DNA of 61,597 nt, from positions 1 through 61,597 of IMG/VR virus record IMGVR_UViG_3300022743_000214; one strand, 5' to 3'. The notes under the pieces are model-generated. The model did not search any database. It was not told where the DNA came from and worked only from the letters and a program-made list of their open reading frames with translations. Below, in pieces: positions 9,319-19,794 of this stretch. Numbering within the stretch: position 1 is the first letter of the stretch; every line of letters starts with the position of its first letter. Both the position numbers and the translations under genes were made by a program. Source of the DNA: a virus. Lineage: Duplodnaviria > Caudoviricetes.

Positions 9319-11556
9319 ATGCAAAACGCACAACATCAGAATTTAGTCGGCTTCATCTGGAGCATTGCAAACAAATTACGGGGCCCATACAGACCACCTC
9401 AGTACCGCCGCGTAATGCTGCCGCTGATTGTTCTGCGCCGCTTCGATCTGGTTCTGGCCGAAAACAAGCAGAAGGTCCTGGACGAAAAGAAGCGCCTGGA
9501 AGACAAAGGCATCACTGGCCCTGCGCTTGAAAAGGCACTGTCACGCATCGCCTCCAACGATCGCAAGCAGGAGCTGTTCAACACCAGCGGCTTTACGTTT
9601 GAGAAGCTGCTAGGCGATGCCCCCAACATCGCGGGCAACTTGATCGCCTACATACAGGGTTTCTCGCCGCGAGCCCGCGACATCTTCGACAAGTTCGAAT
9701 TTGAAACAGAGATCGCAAAGCTGGACGAGGCAAACCGGCTTTATCTGATCATCAAAGAGTTCTGTTCGGCAGACATCAACCTCTCCCCCAAGGCAATCAG
9801 CAATTTGCAGATGGGCTACCTGTTCGAGGAGCTGGTGCGCAAGTTCAACGAGCAAGCCAACGAAGAGGCCGGCGATCACTTCACCCCGCGAGAGGTCATT
9901 CGCCTGATGGTGCAGTTGCTGTTTACCGGCGAAGAAGGCATCTACGAAAAGGGCATCTACCGCAGCGTGTACGACCCTACCGCCGGTACCGGCGGCATGC
10001 TCTCCGAATCAGAGAAGTTTATCTGCGGCGACGGCTTCACATCCGGTCTGAACCCGGACGCGAATATCGAATTGTTTGGGCAGGAATACAACCCCGAGTC
10101 CTACGCCATCTGCTGCTCAGACCTGCTGATCAAGGATGAGCCGATCAACAACCTGATCTATGGCGACACTCTTGGCATCAAGGACGCCAAGAACAAGACC
10201 AACGGCTTTGTGCCGCACGACGGCCACCCGGACAAGAAATTCCACTACATGCTGGCCAACCCGCCCTTTGGGGTGGAGTGGAAGCCGGAAGAAGACTTCG
10301 TGCGCGAGGAGTACCAAGACCAAGGCTTTTCCGGCCGCTTCGGCGCGGGCCTGCCACGCATCAACGATGGCTCGCTGCTCTTCTTGCAGCACATGATCTC
10401 CAAGATGCACCAGCCGCCCAAGCTGGTCGGTGGCAAAAATATCGGTGGTGACGGTTCCAAGATCGCCATCGTCTTCAATGGCTCGCCCCTGTTCACAGGT
10501 GACGCCGGATCGGGAGAGTCCAACATTCGTCGCTGGATCATTGAGCGCGACATGCTCGATGCCATCGTCGCCCTGCCTGACCAGATGTTCTACAACACAG
10601 GAATCTACACCTACGTCTGGATCGTCACCAACAAGAAGGCCGCTCATCGCCAAGGCCAGGTGCAGTTGATCGACGGAACCCGCCATCTTAAGAAGATGGA
10701 CAAGAGCCTGGGCAATAAGCGCAACGAGCTCTCGGACGACCACATCAGGGAACTCGTGCGACTGTACGCCGAGCACGACCACGATGCGGAAAGTGAAGTG
10801 CTGGTGGACGGCAAGCCGGAACGCCGGATTTGCAGCAAGATTTTCGAGAACCGCGAATTTGGCTTCTTGAAGATCACCGTTGAGCGCCCGCTGCGGCTGA
10901 ATTTCCAAGCCAGCGCAGAGCGCATTGCCAAGCTGGATGAGCAAAGCGCCTTTGTCAATTTGGCAAGCAGCAAGAAGCGTAAGGACGATGCAGCCTATCG
11001 CGCGGAAGTCGCGGCAGGCCAAGAAACACAGGCAGCCATCAAGGCTGTCCTGCAAGGCATGGACTGTGAAACGCTGTACCGCAATCGTCCTGCTTTCGAG
11101 ACAGTGCTCGAAGCCGCTCTGAAGAAGGCTGGCATCAAAGCGGGTGCGCCGGTGAAGAAAGCAATCTTGGCGGCGCTGTCGGAACGCGACCCCAAGGCAG
11201 ACATCTGTCTGGATGCAAAGGGCAACCCGGAACCGGATGCCGATCTACGCGATACCGAAATTGTGGCCCTGCCGGATGACATTGCACTGCCGCTGCCACT
11301 GGGCTACGACAACGAAACCGGCCACGATCAGCTGTTGGCGCTTGTGAAAGACCACTGCGAAGATTACCTCAAGGCTGAAGTCCTACCGCATGTGCCGGAT
11401 GCCTGGATAGACCACAGCAAGACCAAGGTGGGCTATGAAATCCCCCTGACCCGGCACTTTTACGTCTATCAGCCACCGCGCCCGCTGGATGTAATTGCAG
11501 GCGAAATCAGCCAACTCGAAAAAGACATCATGGCCATGCTGAGTGAGGTGGTGTGA
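9319..11556 (+). CDS. hsdM: Type I restriction-modification methyltransferase subunit
   Basis: FIWSIA N-terminus, GDHFTPREV, YDPTAGTGGML, NPPF catalytic motif. Confidence 0.95.
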   Translation: MQNAQHQNLVGFIWSIANKLRGPYRPPQYRRVMLPLIVLRRFDLVLAENKQKVLDEKKRLEDKGITGPALEKALSRIASNDRKQELFNTSGFTFEKLLGDAPNIAGNLIAYIQGFSPRARDIFDKFEFETEIAKLDEANRLYLIIKEFCSADINLSPKAISNLQMGYLFEELVRKFNEQANEEAGDHFTPREVIRLMVQLLFTGEEGIYEKGIYRSVYDPTAGTGGMLSESEKFICGDGFTSGLNPDANIELFGQEYNPESYAICCSDLLIKDEPINNLIYGDTLGIKDAKNKTNGFVPHDGHPDKKFHYMLANPPFGVEWKPEEDFVREEYQDQGFSGRFGAGLPRINDGSLLFLQHMISKMHQPPKLVGGKNIGGDGSKIAIVFNGSPLFTGDAGSGESNIRRWIIERDMLDAIVALPDQMFYNTGIYTYVWIVTNKKAAHRQGQVQLIDGTRHLKKMDKSLGNKRNELSDDHIRELVRLYAEHDHDAESEVLVDGKPERRICSKIFENREFGFLKITVERPLRLNFQASAERIAKLDEQSAFVNLASSKKRKDDAAYRAEVAAGQETQAAIKAVLQGMDCETLYRNRPAFETVLEAALKKAGIKAGAPVKKAILAALSERDPKADICLDAKGNPEPDADLRDTEIVALPDDIALPLPLGYDNETGHDQLLALVKDHCEDYLKAEVLPHVPDAWIDHSKTKVGYEIPLTRHFYVYQPPRPLDVIAGEISQLEKDIMAMLSEVV

Positions 11557-12881
11557 TGGGACACACGCAATACAAGGAGCTGGACAGCTCGGGGGTCTCC
11601 TGGTTGCAGAAAAAGCCCAGCCACTGGCGAATCAAGAAGCTGAAATTCTCAACTGATCTCATCAACAACAAAGTAAGCGTCGAAGATTCGCCATTGCCTT
11701 ATCTCGGCCTGGAACACATCGAATCATGGACCGGAAGAAAGATCGAGGGTGAAATTAGCAATAGCGAAGGCCTGGCATCGTCGTTCGTAGTGGGTGATGT
11801 CCTCTTCGGGAAGTTGCGCCCATATCTCGCCAAAGTTCACTTGGCTCAGCAGGATGGACTGATTTCGAGCGAAGCATTGGTGGTAAGAAGTAAGGATGAG
11901 CTGGATGCCGAGTTTTTGAAGTACTACATGCTGTCTCGTGACTTTATCAATATTGTGGATTCTTCAACCTATGGCAGCAAGATGCCGCGAGCAAGTTGGG
12001 ATTTCATTAGAAACCTTCCGGTCCTGTTGCCAGATGTAGAAGAACAAAAGGTCATTGCCCGTTTCCTCGATTTCAAAACCGCACAAATTGATGCCCTGAT
12101 CGCAAAGAAAAAATCACTGCTCGACAAACTGGCCGAAAAGCGCACGGCGCTTATCAGCCATGCCGTCACCAAGGGGCTTGATCCGTCCGTGGCGATGAAG
12201 GATTCAGGGGTGCCTTGGCTTGGGAACATTCCAGCGCATTGGGATGCAAAGCGCCTTAAATTTGTCATTTCAACCTTCGGAGGTGGAACGCCAAACACAG
12301 GCAAGCCAGAGTATTGGAATGGGGAAATTCCTTGGGTGTCGCCTAAGGATATGAAATCTGACTTCATTGAAGCGACTGAGGACTACTTGACTGAAATAGG
12401 CGTGGCGGAAAGCGCAACGAAGATCGTGCCGGTTGATTCGGTTTTGATTGTTGTCAGGTCAGGAATTCTGCGTCACACAATTCCTGTGGCCCGCAATACG
12501 GTTGAAGTCTCCCTGAATCAGGACATGAAGGCGCTTGTTGCCGACGAGCGATTGCGTCCAGGCTTTTTACATTGGTTTATCAGTGGACTTCAGGAAGGGC
12601 TTCTGCCGATTTGGAGCAAGCAGGGTTGCACTGTTGAGAGCATTGAAATGGATTACATGAGCAATACGGTAATCCCGCTGCCGCCTGTTGAAGAGCAGGA
12701 TGCGATCTTGGAGAAGATACAAGAAATCACCGCAAGATTAGATGCTCAGGCAGAAAAGGTCATCGCGGTGATTTCCTCTCTCATTGAGTATCGAAGCTCC
12801 TTAATAACGCACGCCGTGACAGGCAAAATCGACGTGCGCGGTTTTGCGACTCCGCATTCCGCCGAAGGGATTGCCTTATGA
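11553..12881 (+). CDS. hsdS: Type I RM specificity subunit
   Basis: Two TRDs with conserved repeats DSSGVSWL..PSHW / DSGVPWLGNIPAHW and P..EEQ..I helices; overlaps the hsdM stop. Confidence 0.93.
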   Translation: MMGHTQYKELDSSGVSWLQKKPSHWRIKKLKFSTDLINNKVSVEDSPLPYLGLEHIESWTGRKIEGEISNSEGLASSFVVGDVLFGKLRPYLAKVHLAQQDGLISSEALVVRSKDELDAEFLKYYMLSRDFINIVDSSTYGSKMPRASWDFIRNLPVLLPDVEEQKVIARFLDFKTAQIDALIAKKKSLLDKLAEKRTALISHAVTKGLDPSVAMKDSGVPWLGNIPAHWDAKRLKFVISTFGGGTPNTGKPEYWNGEIPWVSPKDMKSDFIEATEDYLTEIGVAESATKIVPVDSVLIVVRSGILRHTIPVARNTVEVSLNQDMKALVADERLRPGFLHWFISGLQEGLLPIWSKQGCTVESIEMDYMSNTVIPLPPVEEQDAILEKIQEITARLDAQAEKVIAVISSLIEYRSSLITHAVTGKIDVRGFATPHSAEGIAL

Positions 12882-12897
12882 ATGGAGGCAGAGCCCA

Positions 12898-13500
12898 ATG
12901 GCGTTGAATGCACAAGGCTATTTCAACTGCCTGAAGTCCTATCTGAACATCAACCACTACGGCGAGCCGCAGGCGAGTGGCAGTGAGGTGGTGCTGAAGG
13001 AAAAGGTGTTCGGCCAAAGTGGTACCAGGCCCATTGAGTACAAGGTGAGCTTGCAGACCACCGGCGAAACCTTGGTGATCAAGCTGGACGCCAAGAAGAA
13101 TGGCTCATCGTTGCCGCTGTTTCACTTTCTGGACGATACCGCCAAGCCCTGGTCGAAGCGCTGTGACTTCGTGGTGTTCAACCTGCGTAGGAACAAGCTG
13201 CATGTGTACTGCCTTGAGTTCAAGTCAGAGAGCATTCCGCACGACGTACCAGATCAGTTGAAAGCCAGTGTGGATTGGCTCAAGGCGCTGCACGCCACCA
13301 TCAATGCCTACACCACTAAACGCAGCGCCATCCACGCGACCAAGTATGTGCTGAGCAACCATCCCGACCCGACGCCATATCTGGATGCGGATGGAAAGTA
13401 CCTGCAGCGCGATCACACGATACGCCACTATCGTTATGCCGACCTCAACGGCATGGCGCTGGCGAATTTGGACAACAGCAATATTGAGGTGATTCGCTAA
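12898..13500 (+). CDS. Hypothetical protein inserted between hsdS and hsdR; PD-(D/E)XK-like motif
   Basis: Start reassigned to ATG 12898 (GGAGG upstream); CDFVVF...CLEFKS...QL pattern. Confidence 0.6.
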   Translation: MALNAQGYFNCLKSYLNINHYGEPQASGSEVVLKEKVFGQSGTRPIEYKVSLQTTGETLVIKLDAKKNGSSLPLFHFLDDTAKPWSKRCDFVVFNLRRNKLHVYCLEFKSESIPHDVPDQLKASVDWLKALHATINAYTTKRSAIHATKYVLSNHPDPTPYLDADGKYLQRDHTIRHYRYADLNGMALANLDNSNIEVIR

Positions 13501-13535
13501 TAGGCGGAATCCGACGCATTTCAAGGGTGAGAAAG

Positions 13536-16500
13536 ATGCACAAAGAAATCGATTTTGAAAACGACATCGAGCACGCACTGATCAGCAGCGGCGGCTACGA
13601 AAAAGGTGATCCCAACACCTACGACCCGGAAGCGGCACTGTTTCCGGCGGATGTCGTTGCCTTTGTGCAGAAGACGCAGCCCAAGATCTGGACACGCCTG
13701 ACGCAGCTGGACGCGGCCAAAGCGCCCGCGATGCTGCTGGACAGCCTGGTGAAAGAGCTTGCTGCCAAAGGCGCCCTAGCGATCTTGCGCGAAGGATTTA
13801 AGTGCGTTGGCAAGACGGTGCGGCTGGCCTACTTTGCGCCCAACACCGGGCTAGACCCCGCAAGTACCGAGCGATACGACGACAACCGTTTGACCATCGT
13901 GCGGCAGGTTAACACCAAGAGCGGGGCTATCCCTGACGTGGTGTTGGCGGTGAATGGCTTGCCCGTGGCCACGCTGGAGCTGAAGAACCCGATGTCGGCC
14001 ACGCGCTGGAACGTGGAGAACGCGAAGCACCAATATCGCTTTGAGCGAGACCCCAAGGAATTGTTGTTCGCTTTCAAGCAGCGTTGCCTGGTGCATTTTG
14101 CCGTGGATACCGAGCTGGTGTTCATGACCACCAAGCTGGAGGGCAAAGACACGTTCTTCCTACCCTTCAATCTGGGGCATGACCACGGCGCGGGCAACCC
14201 GCCAGCAGCGGGCGATGTGCGCACCACCTACCTGTGGCACAAGGTGTTGACCCGTGACAGCCTGATGGACATCTTGGCCCGCTTCATCCATTTGGATGTC
14301 GAGGAAAAGACGGTCGTCACTGAAAAGGGTATCAAGCGTCACCGCAAGGAATCTATGATCTTCCCGCGCTATCACCAGCTGGATGCGGTTCGGGCACTAA
14401 CCGACCACGCGCAGGCGCATGGTTCGGGGCACAACTACTTGATTCAACATTCCGCTGGCTCAGGCAAATCGAACTCAATTGCGTGGCTGGCGCACCGCCT
14501 CTCAAGCCTGCACGATGCCAACAACGAGAAGATCTTTCATTCGGTGGTCGTGATCACCGACCGGCGCGTGCTTGATCAACAGTTGCAGGACACCATATTC
14601 CAGTTTGAGCATAAGCTGGGCGTCGTGCAGAAGATCGACGAAAACACACAGCAATTGGCAAAGGCGCTGGCCGATGGCGTGCCGATCATCATATCCACCA
14701 TCCAGAAGTTTCCCTTCATCACCCAAGCCATCCGCACGATGGAGGCCAACGGCAAAGGGGTGGCCATCTCGACAGCGGGCAAGCGCTTCGCGGTGATCGT
14801 GGACGAGGCGCACAGCTCGCAAAGTGGTGAAACCGCAATGGAGCTACGCAAGATCCTAAACAAGGATGGTATTGAATCCGCGATTGCCGAGCAGTTGTTG
14901 GACATGGATGACGATGCCTTGAGCGAAGAGGCAAAGAAGGAGCTGCTGCGTGAACAACTCAAGCGAGCCAAACAACCCAACTTGAGTTTCTTTGCCTTCA
15001 CCGCAACGCCCAAGTTCAAGACACTGGCTGTTTTCAATGAACCCGGCCCCAACGGCAAAGCGCCTTTCCACCACTACAGCATGCGGCAGGCCATCGAGGA
15101 AGGCTTCATTCACGACGTGCTGGCCCACTACACCTGCTACAAGCGCTACTACAAGCTGATCCAGAAGGTGGAGGCAGATCCAGAGGTGCCGCGCCGAAAG
15201 GCCGCCCGCGCGTTGGCGCGGTTCGTCGAGTTTCACGACTACGAGATCGCGCAGAAGGTCGAAGTGATCGTGGAGCACTTCCGCACCCATACCCGCCACA
15301 AGATTGGCGGCCGGGCCAAAGCGATGGTGGTTACTGGCTCGCGTGAGCACGCTGTGCGCTACAAGCTGGGGTTTGATAAGTACATCAAGGACAAGAGCTA
15401 CACCGATGTGAAATCGCTGGTGGCGTTCTCCGGAGAAATCACCCTCAAGGAGTTCGCCGATAAAAAATTCACCGAAGTCAGCATGAACAACGGCATCAAG
15501 GAATCCGAGCTGCCGGAGAAGTTCAACACCGAGGAATACCAAGTCTTGCTGGTGGCCGAGAAGTACCAGACGGGTTTTGACCAACCGCTGTTGCACAGCA
15601 TGTATGTCGACAAACGCTTGTCTGGCATCCAGGCGGTACAGACACTCTCGCGCCTGAATCGAACGACGCGGGGCAAGACCGACACCTTCGTGCTCGATTT
15701 TGTAAACGAGCCTGCGGACATTTACACCGCCTTCAAGCCGTATTACGAAGCGACAGACAAGGGCGACGATACCGACCCACAACAGCTCAACACGCTGGCA
15801 CACACGCTAGCCAACTGGAAAATCTATACCGAAGCCGAGGTCAGTGCTTGGTGCGAGATCTGGTTCCGCAACCGGCTGAACCCCACGGGCGGCGAGCACA
15901 AGAAATTGAATGGTCTGCTCGATCTGGCGATTGAGCGATTCAAGAAACTTGGGGAAGAAGACCAGAACCTGTTCAAAGGGCAACTGGTCAGCTTCCGCAA
16001 TCTGTACAGCTTTGTTTCACAGATCGTGCCTTACCAGGATTCCGATCACGAGAAGTTGTACACCTACGCCCGTTTCCTGCTGACCAAGCTGCCACGCACG
16101 ACGGACAACCGGACAGTGCAGGTCGACGATGAAGTCGAGCTCAAGTACTACCGCCTGCAAAAAATCAGCGAGGGGGCGATTGATCTGAAGGCGGGCGAAG
16201 CGGATGCGCTTGAGGGCCCGACCGACGTAGGCACAGGTCAAGCAGACGAGGATGTACAGCTTTCGACCTTGGTTGGCAAGCTCAATGATCGCTTCGGAAC
16301 AGAGTTCACTCCTGCAGACCAGCTCTTCTTCGATCAAGTCCGTGAAACCGCCGTAGCCAATGAACAGTTGCGACAGGCCGTCTTGGCCAACAGCATCGAA
16401 AACTTCGAACCCGTATTTAACAAGCAGCTCGAGAACCTGTTCATCGAGCGCATGGACGGCAACGAAGAAATCTTCGTGCGCCTAATGAACGATGAGGCGT

Positions 16501-16577
16501 TTAGGAATGTTGCGGCGAGCCACCTGATGCGTGCTGTGTACCAACAAATCCGAACATCCGGCAAGAACGGCGGGTGA
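13536..16577 (+). CDS. hsdR: Type I RM restriction/motor subunit
   Basis: PDVVLAVNG...LELKN nuclease motif, HSAGSGKS, DEAH, FTATP, TGFDQP, QTLSRLNR; start at ATG 13536 or GTG 13527. Confidence 0.95.
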   Translation: MHKEIDFENDIEHALISSGGYEKGDPNTYDPEAALFPADVVAFVQKTQPKIWTRLTQLDAAKAPAMLLDSLVKELAAKGALAILREGFKCVGKTVRLAYFAPNTGLDPASTERYDDNRLTIVRQVNTKSGAIPDVVLAVNGLPVATLELKNPMSATRWNVENAKHQYRFERDPKELLFAFKQRCLVHFAVDTELVFMTTKLEGKDTFFLPFNLGHDHGAGNPPAAGDVRTTYLWHKVLTRDSLMDILARFIHLDVEEKTVVTEKGIKRHRKESMIFPRYHQLDAVRALTDHAQAHGSGHNYLIQHSAGSGKSNSIAWLAHRLSSLHDANNEKIFHSVVVITDRRVLDQQLQDTIFQFEHKLGVVQKIDENTQQLAKALADGVPIIISTIQKFPFITQAIRTMEANGKGVAISTAGKRFAVIVDEAHSSQSGETAMELRKILNKDGIESAIAEQLLDMDDDALSEEAKKELLREQLKRAKQPNLSFFAFTATPKFKTLAVFNEPGPNGKAPFHHYSMRQAIEEGFIHDVLAHYTCYKRYYKLIQKVEADPEVPRRKAARALARFVEFHDYEIAQKVEVIVEHFRTHTRHKIGGRAKAMVVTGSREHAVRYKLGFDKYIKDKSYTDVKSLVAFSGEITLKEFADKKFTEVSMNNGIKESELPEKFNTEEYQVLLVAEKYQTGFDQPLLHSMYVDKRLSGIQAVQTLSRLNRTTRGKTDTFVLDFVNEPADIYTAFKPYYEATDKGDDTDPQQLNTLAHTLANWKIYTEAEVSAWCEIWFRNRLNPTGGEHKKLNGLLDLAIERFKKLGEEDQNLFKGQLVSFRNLYSFVSQIVPYQDSDHEKLYTYARFLLTKLPRTTDNRTVQVDDEVELKYYRLQKISEGAIDLKAGEADALEGPTDVGTGQADEDVQLSTLVGKLNDRFGTEFTPADQLFFDQVRETAVANEQLRQAVLANSIENFEPVFNKQLENLFIERMDGNEEIFVRLMNDEAFRNVAASHLMRAVYQQIRTSGKNGG

Positions 16578-17494
16578 CGAGATTGGTCACGATGAAATTA
16601 CTCGCAATTGATGGTGGTGGAATTCGCGGAATCTATGCTAGCCATGTCCTGGAGCGCATTCAGCAGGAATTCAATATTGCATTTCACAGTGAATTCGATC
16701 TGATTGCTGGCACGAGCACTGGTTCTATCATCGCCGCCGCGATTGCATTTGGCATTCCGATTTCAAAGGTTACAGAGCTTTATCGTGAAAAAGGGCCGAG
16801 TATCTTCAGACCGAAGAGGTGGACATTCGGCGGCACCGTTGCCCCTCGCTATTCGAGCGAGCCGCTGCGTGCGGCTTTGTTTTCTGTTTTTGAAGATGCA
16901 ACGCTCGCTGATGCACAAACAAGGCTTGTTATCCCTGCGACAGACATCGGCAATGGTGGCGTGCATGTTTTCAAGTCGGCATACGACGAGAAGTTTGTTC
17001 GCGACCGCAACGTGAAGGTCGTTGACGCTGTATTGGCTTCTTGCAGTGCGCCATCCTACTTCGCTCCATCGAGAGTGGGCCCGTATCAGTTGAGCGACGG
17101 CGGGCTATGGGCGAACAACCCTTCGTTGGTTGCAGTCACCGAAGCACTTACCCGCCTCGGGGCGGAGCGCTCCGCGATTCGGTTGTTATCTGTAGGAACG
17201 GGTATTGGCAAGAACTACTACCCGATCTCTAATGCGGATAAAAAATGGGGATTCCTGACTGGCTGGGGGATCTCCAAGTTCATTTCCATGCTCTTGAATC
17301 TCCAAGCGGCAACGGCCAGCAATGTCACACAGCTCATTTTGGACAAGCATCAGTCCGTGAGGGTGAATTTCGAATCAGATCTGCCTTTATCACTTGATGA
17401 TGTTGGCACCCTCGATGATTTGATAAGCCGAGCAGACAAGGACTTCACACATAACTCAGCGGCCATTCGGCAGTTACTTGGAGGGAATCAATGA
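16574..17494 (+). CDS. capV: Patatin-like phospholipase, CBASS effector (CapV/CapE-like)
   Basis: DGGGIRG, GTSTG nucleophile, SAPSYF, DGG motifs; directly upstream of a CD-NTase. Confidence 0.85.
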   Translation: MTRLVTMKLLAIDGGGIRGIYASHVLERIQQEFNIAFHSEFDLIAGTSTGSIIAAAIAFGIPISKVTELYREKGPSIFRPKRWTFGGTVAPRYSSEPLRAALFSVFEDATLADAQTRLVIPATDIGNGGVHVFKSAYDEKFVRDRNVKVVDAVLASCSAPSYFAPSRVGPYQLSDGGLWANNPSLVAVTEALTRLGAERSAIRLLSVGTGIGKNYYPISNADKKWGFLTGWGISKFISMLLNLQAATASNVTQLILDKHQSVRVNFESDLPLSLDDVGTLDDLISRADKDFTHNSAAIRQLLGGNQ

Positions 17495-18828
17495 AGCTGA
17501 CCGAACATTTCAATACGTTCTTGGTTGACGTTATCAATCTCAACCAGACGCGCATTGACACGCTGAAAGCGCGCGTGGATGCCATCGTTACCGCTGTCGA
17601 AAGCTTTGATGTTTTTTCTGACATTCTGATCGATACGACACCACAAGGGTCGTGGGCGCATCGCACCATCATCAAGCCGGCCGGAATCGCAGGATCGTTT
17701 GACGCGGATGTGGTTGCTTTTGTAGATCCTCACGAAGAATGGACTCCGGCAGATTACATCGACCATCTGTATGACCAGTTCAAGGCGCACGGCACTTATT
17801 CTGACAAGGTGTCGCGCAAGACGCGTTGCGTAACGATTCAGTATGCGGGGGAGTTCTCAATTGATGTAGTGCCGTGTATCCGCAGAGCCAGCATTTGGGA
17901 AACCACGGAATGGATTCTGAATCGTAAGGATGACGTCGAAGAGCAGGCAAATCCTGATGGATATACAGAGTGGTTCTCACAGAGAAACGGGTATGTTGGC
18001 AACAACCAGTTGATCAAGGTTGTTCGGATACTGAAGTACCTGCGCGATTTCAAACTGACATTTTCAGCCAAATCAATTCTGCTGACGACGTTGATTGGTG
18101 AACGCATCTCTTGGCTTGACGAGCTGGGGAATGAATTCTCAGATACGCCAACTGCGCTCCGGACAGTTATCAAGAGACTGGACGCATACCTGCAACAGAA
18201 CCCTGATATGCCAGAGATCGTAAACCCCAAGCTGCCGTCAGAGTCGTTCACAAGGCACTGGGATCAAGACAAGTACACCAACTTCCGAGCCTGTATCAAC
18301 CGCTACGCCGAATGGGTTGAAGATGCTTACGTTGAGACAGATCGTGAAGAGAGCATCGTTAAATGGCGAAGGATTTTTGGTGATGATTTTGCAAAGTCAG
18401 TTGTTCTCACCAAGGCTGCCAATCTGGTCGAAACGCAGATTGATGATGTATCTCATGTTACCCGGCCGCCATGGCCAGTCTTGCCAGCTGGACGAATTGA
18501 AATCACTGCGACACTACATTCTTCCAAGGAAGGAAATTTCCTAGGAACCTACCGCTCTGATGGACCTGCTTTGTCGCCGGACACTTGGCTTCACTTCAGT
18601 GCAAAGCACTCTTTCACAAATGGCATAGCGATTAAATGGCAAATCGTTAATACGGGCTGGGCGGCAAGGGCTGCGAGGTGCCTCAGGGGTGGATTCGATC
18701 ATTCTGGTTCAGAGATATGGGAGCACACACTTTACAGGGGAAAACACTGGGTCGAGTGTTTCGCTGTCGATTTGAAACGAGGCGTATGCCTTGCTCGAAG
18801 TGACCGCTTCTACGTCAACATTTCATAG
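17491..18828 (+). CDS. CD-NTase (SMODS nucleotidyltransferase) with C-terminal AGS-C-like domain
   Basis: QGSWAHRTIIKP...FDADVV, RCVTIQY, IDVVP; C-terminal WQIVNTG..RGG..EHTLYRGKHWVECF; ATGA overlap with the patatin gene. Confidence 0.85.
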   Translation: MKLTEHFNTFLVDVINLNQTRIDTLKARVDAIVTAVESFDVFSDILIDTTPQGSWAHRTIIKPAGIAGSFDADVVAFVDPHEEWTPADYIDHLYDQFKAHGTYSDKVSRKTRCVTIQYAGEFSIDVVPCIRRASIWETTEWILNRKDDVEEQANPDGYTEWFSQRNGYVGNNQLIKVVRILKYLRDFKLTFSAKSILLTTLIGERISWLDELGNEFSDTPTALRTVIKRLDAYLQQNPDMPEIVNPKLPSESFTRHWDQDKYTNFRACINRYAEWVEDAYVETDREESIVKWRRIFGDDFAKSVVLTKAANLVETQIDDVSHVTRPPWPVLPAGRIEITATLHSSKEGNFLGTYRSDGPALSPDTWLHFSAKHSFTNGIAIKWQIVNTGWAARAARCLRGGFDHSGSEIWEHTLYRGKHWVECFAVDLKRGVCLARSDRFYVNIS

Positions 18829-18842
18829 TCGGAGAATACGAT

Positions 18843-19790
18843 ATGGCATTGAATCTGGCGAAGGCCGTACTGGATTGTTTGAAGGTTCGCCCCGAGGAAA
18901 AGCTGACCGCAAGACAGATCGCCGAGTGGATTTTTAGCACGTACCCTTCAGAGTGCCAGGAGAAGAAGTCCAACAGTCAGGGGGGCTATATAAAGACCGA
19001 TAGCGACTTAGTACAGCAACTAGTTGCGGAAATTGGCTCCCGGCGTCCCAGTTTGCAGAAGCGACATCCTGAACTTAAGACGACCGAAGGTAGACCTCGC
19101 AAGTATTACTACACCGAAAAATCGGACATTGCCGAAGTTGCTGCGGCTGAGGACACGTCCGCTACTGCTGTGTTGGGCGCTGACAGCAAGACAATGAGTG
19201 AACACTCCTTGTATCCGCTGCTCTCGCTGTATCTGTGGGAAGAGTTTGGCGTCTATTCGAAGCGCATCGACGAAAAGCGCTCATCGAACAAGCGTGGGCC
19301 GAATGGCAACCGCTGGCTGTATCCGGACATTGTTGGGATGGAAGACTTGGGCGCGGAGTGGCACCAGGAGGTGCGGGACTGCGTGAATCAGTATTCCGAC
19401 AAGCGCACCAAGCTGTGGTCGTTCGAGGCAAAGTTACTGATCAACCGCTCGAACGTTCGGGAGTGTTTTTTCCAGGCGGTTTCCAATTCTTCGTGGGCAA
19501 ATTACGGTTATTTGGTCGCTGCAGAAATCGAAGGCCAGGACACTCTCAAGGAATTGCGTATGTTGTTCGCTGCTCATGGCATAGGCCTAATTAAGCTTGA
19601 TGCGGACAACCCAGCAGAAAGCCAGGTGTTGATTCCGGCTCGAGAGCGAGACGAGATCGATTGGGACATGGCCAATCGGCTGGCAACAGAGAACCGGGAT
19701 TTTATGGAGTACGTGAAACTCGTGAAACAGTTCTACCAGACTGGAGAGGCACGTCTGGCTGACTGGGATGTGCCTGAATTGAAGGAATGA
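18843..19790 (+). CDS. HrgA/COG2958-like protein (N-terminal wHTH plus PD-(D/E)XK-like domain)
   Basis: EHSLYP, NRWLYPDIVG, WSFEAK, FQAVSNSSWANYGYLVA. Confidence 0.8.
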   Translation: MALNLAKAVLDCLKVRPEEKLTARQIAEWIFSTYPSECQEKKSNSQGGYIKTDSDLVQQLVAEIGSRRPSLQKRHPELKTTEGRPRKYYYTEKSDIAEVAAAEDTSATAVLGADSKTMSEHSLYPLLSLYLWEEFGVYSKRIDEKRSSNKRGPNGNRWLYPDIVGMEDLGAEWHQEVRDCVNQYSDKRTKLWSFEAKLLINRSNVRECFFQAVSNSSWANYGYLVAAEIEGQDTLKELRMLFAAHGIGLIKLDADNPAESQVLIPARERDEIDWDMANRLATENRDFMEYVKLVKQFYQTGEARLADWDVPELKE

Positions 19791-19794
19791 TTGG

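Noticed and set aside
10117-15803. Long minus-strand ORFs 10117..11055 and 14856..15803
   Set aside because: Antisense shadows of hsdM and hsdR, expected from GC-rich codon bias.
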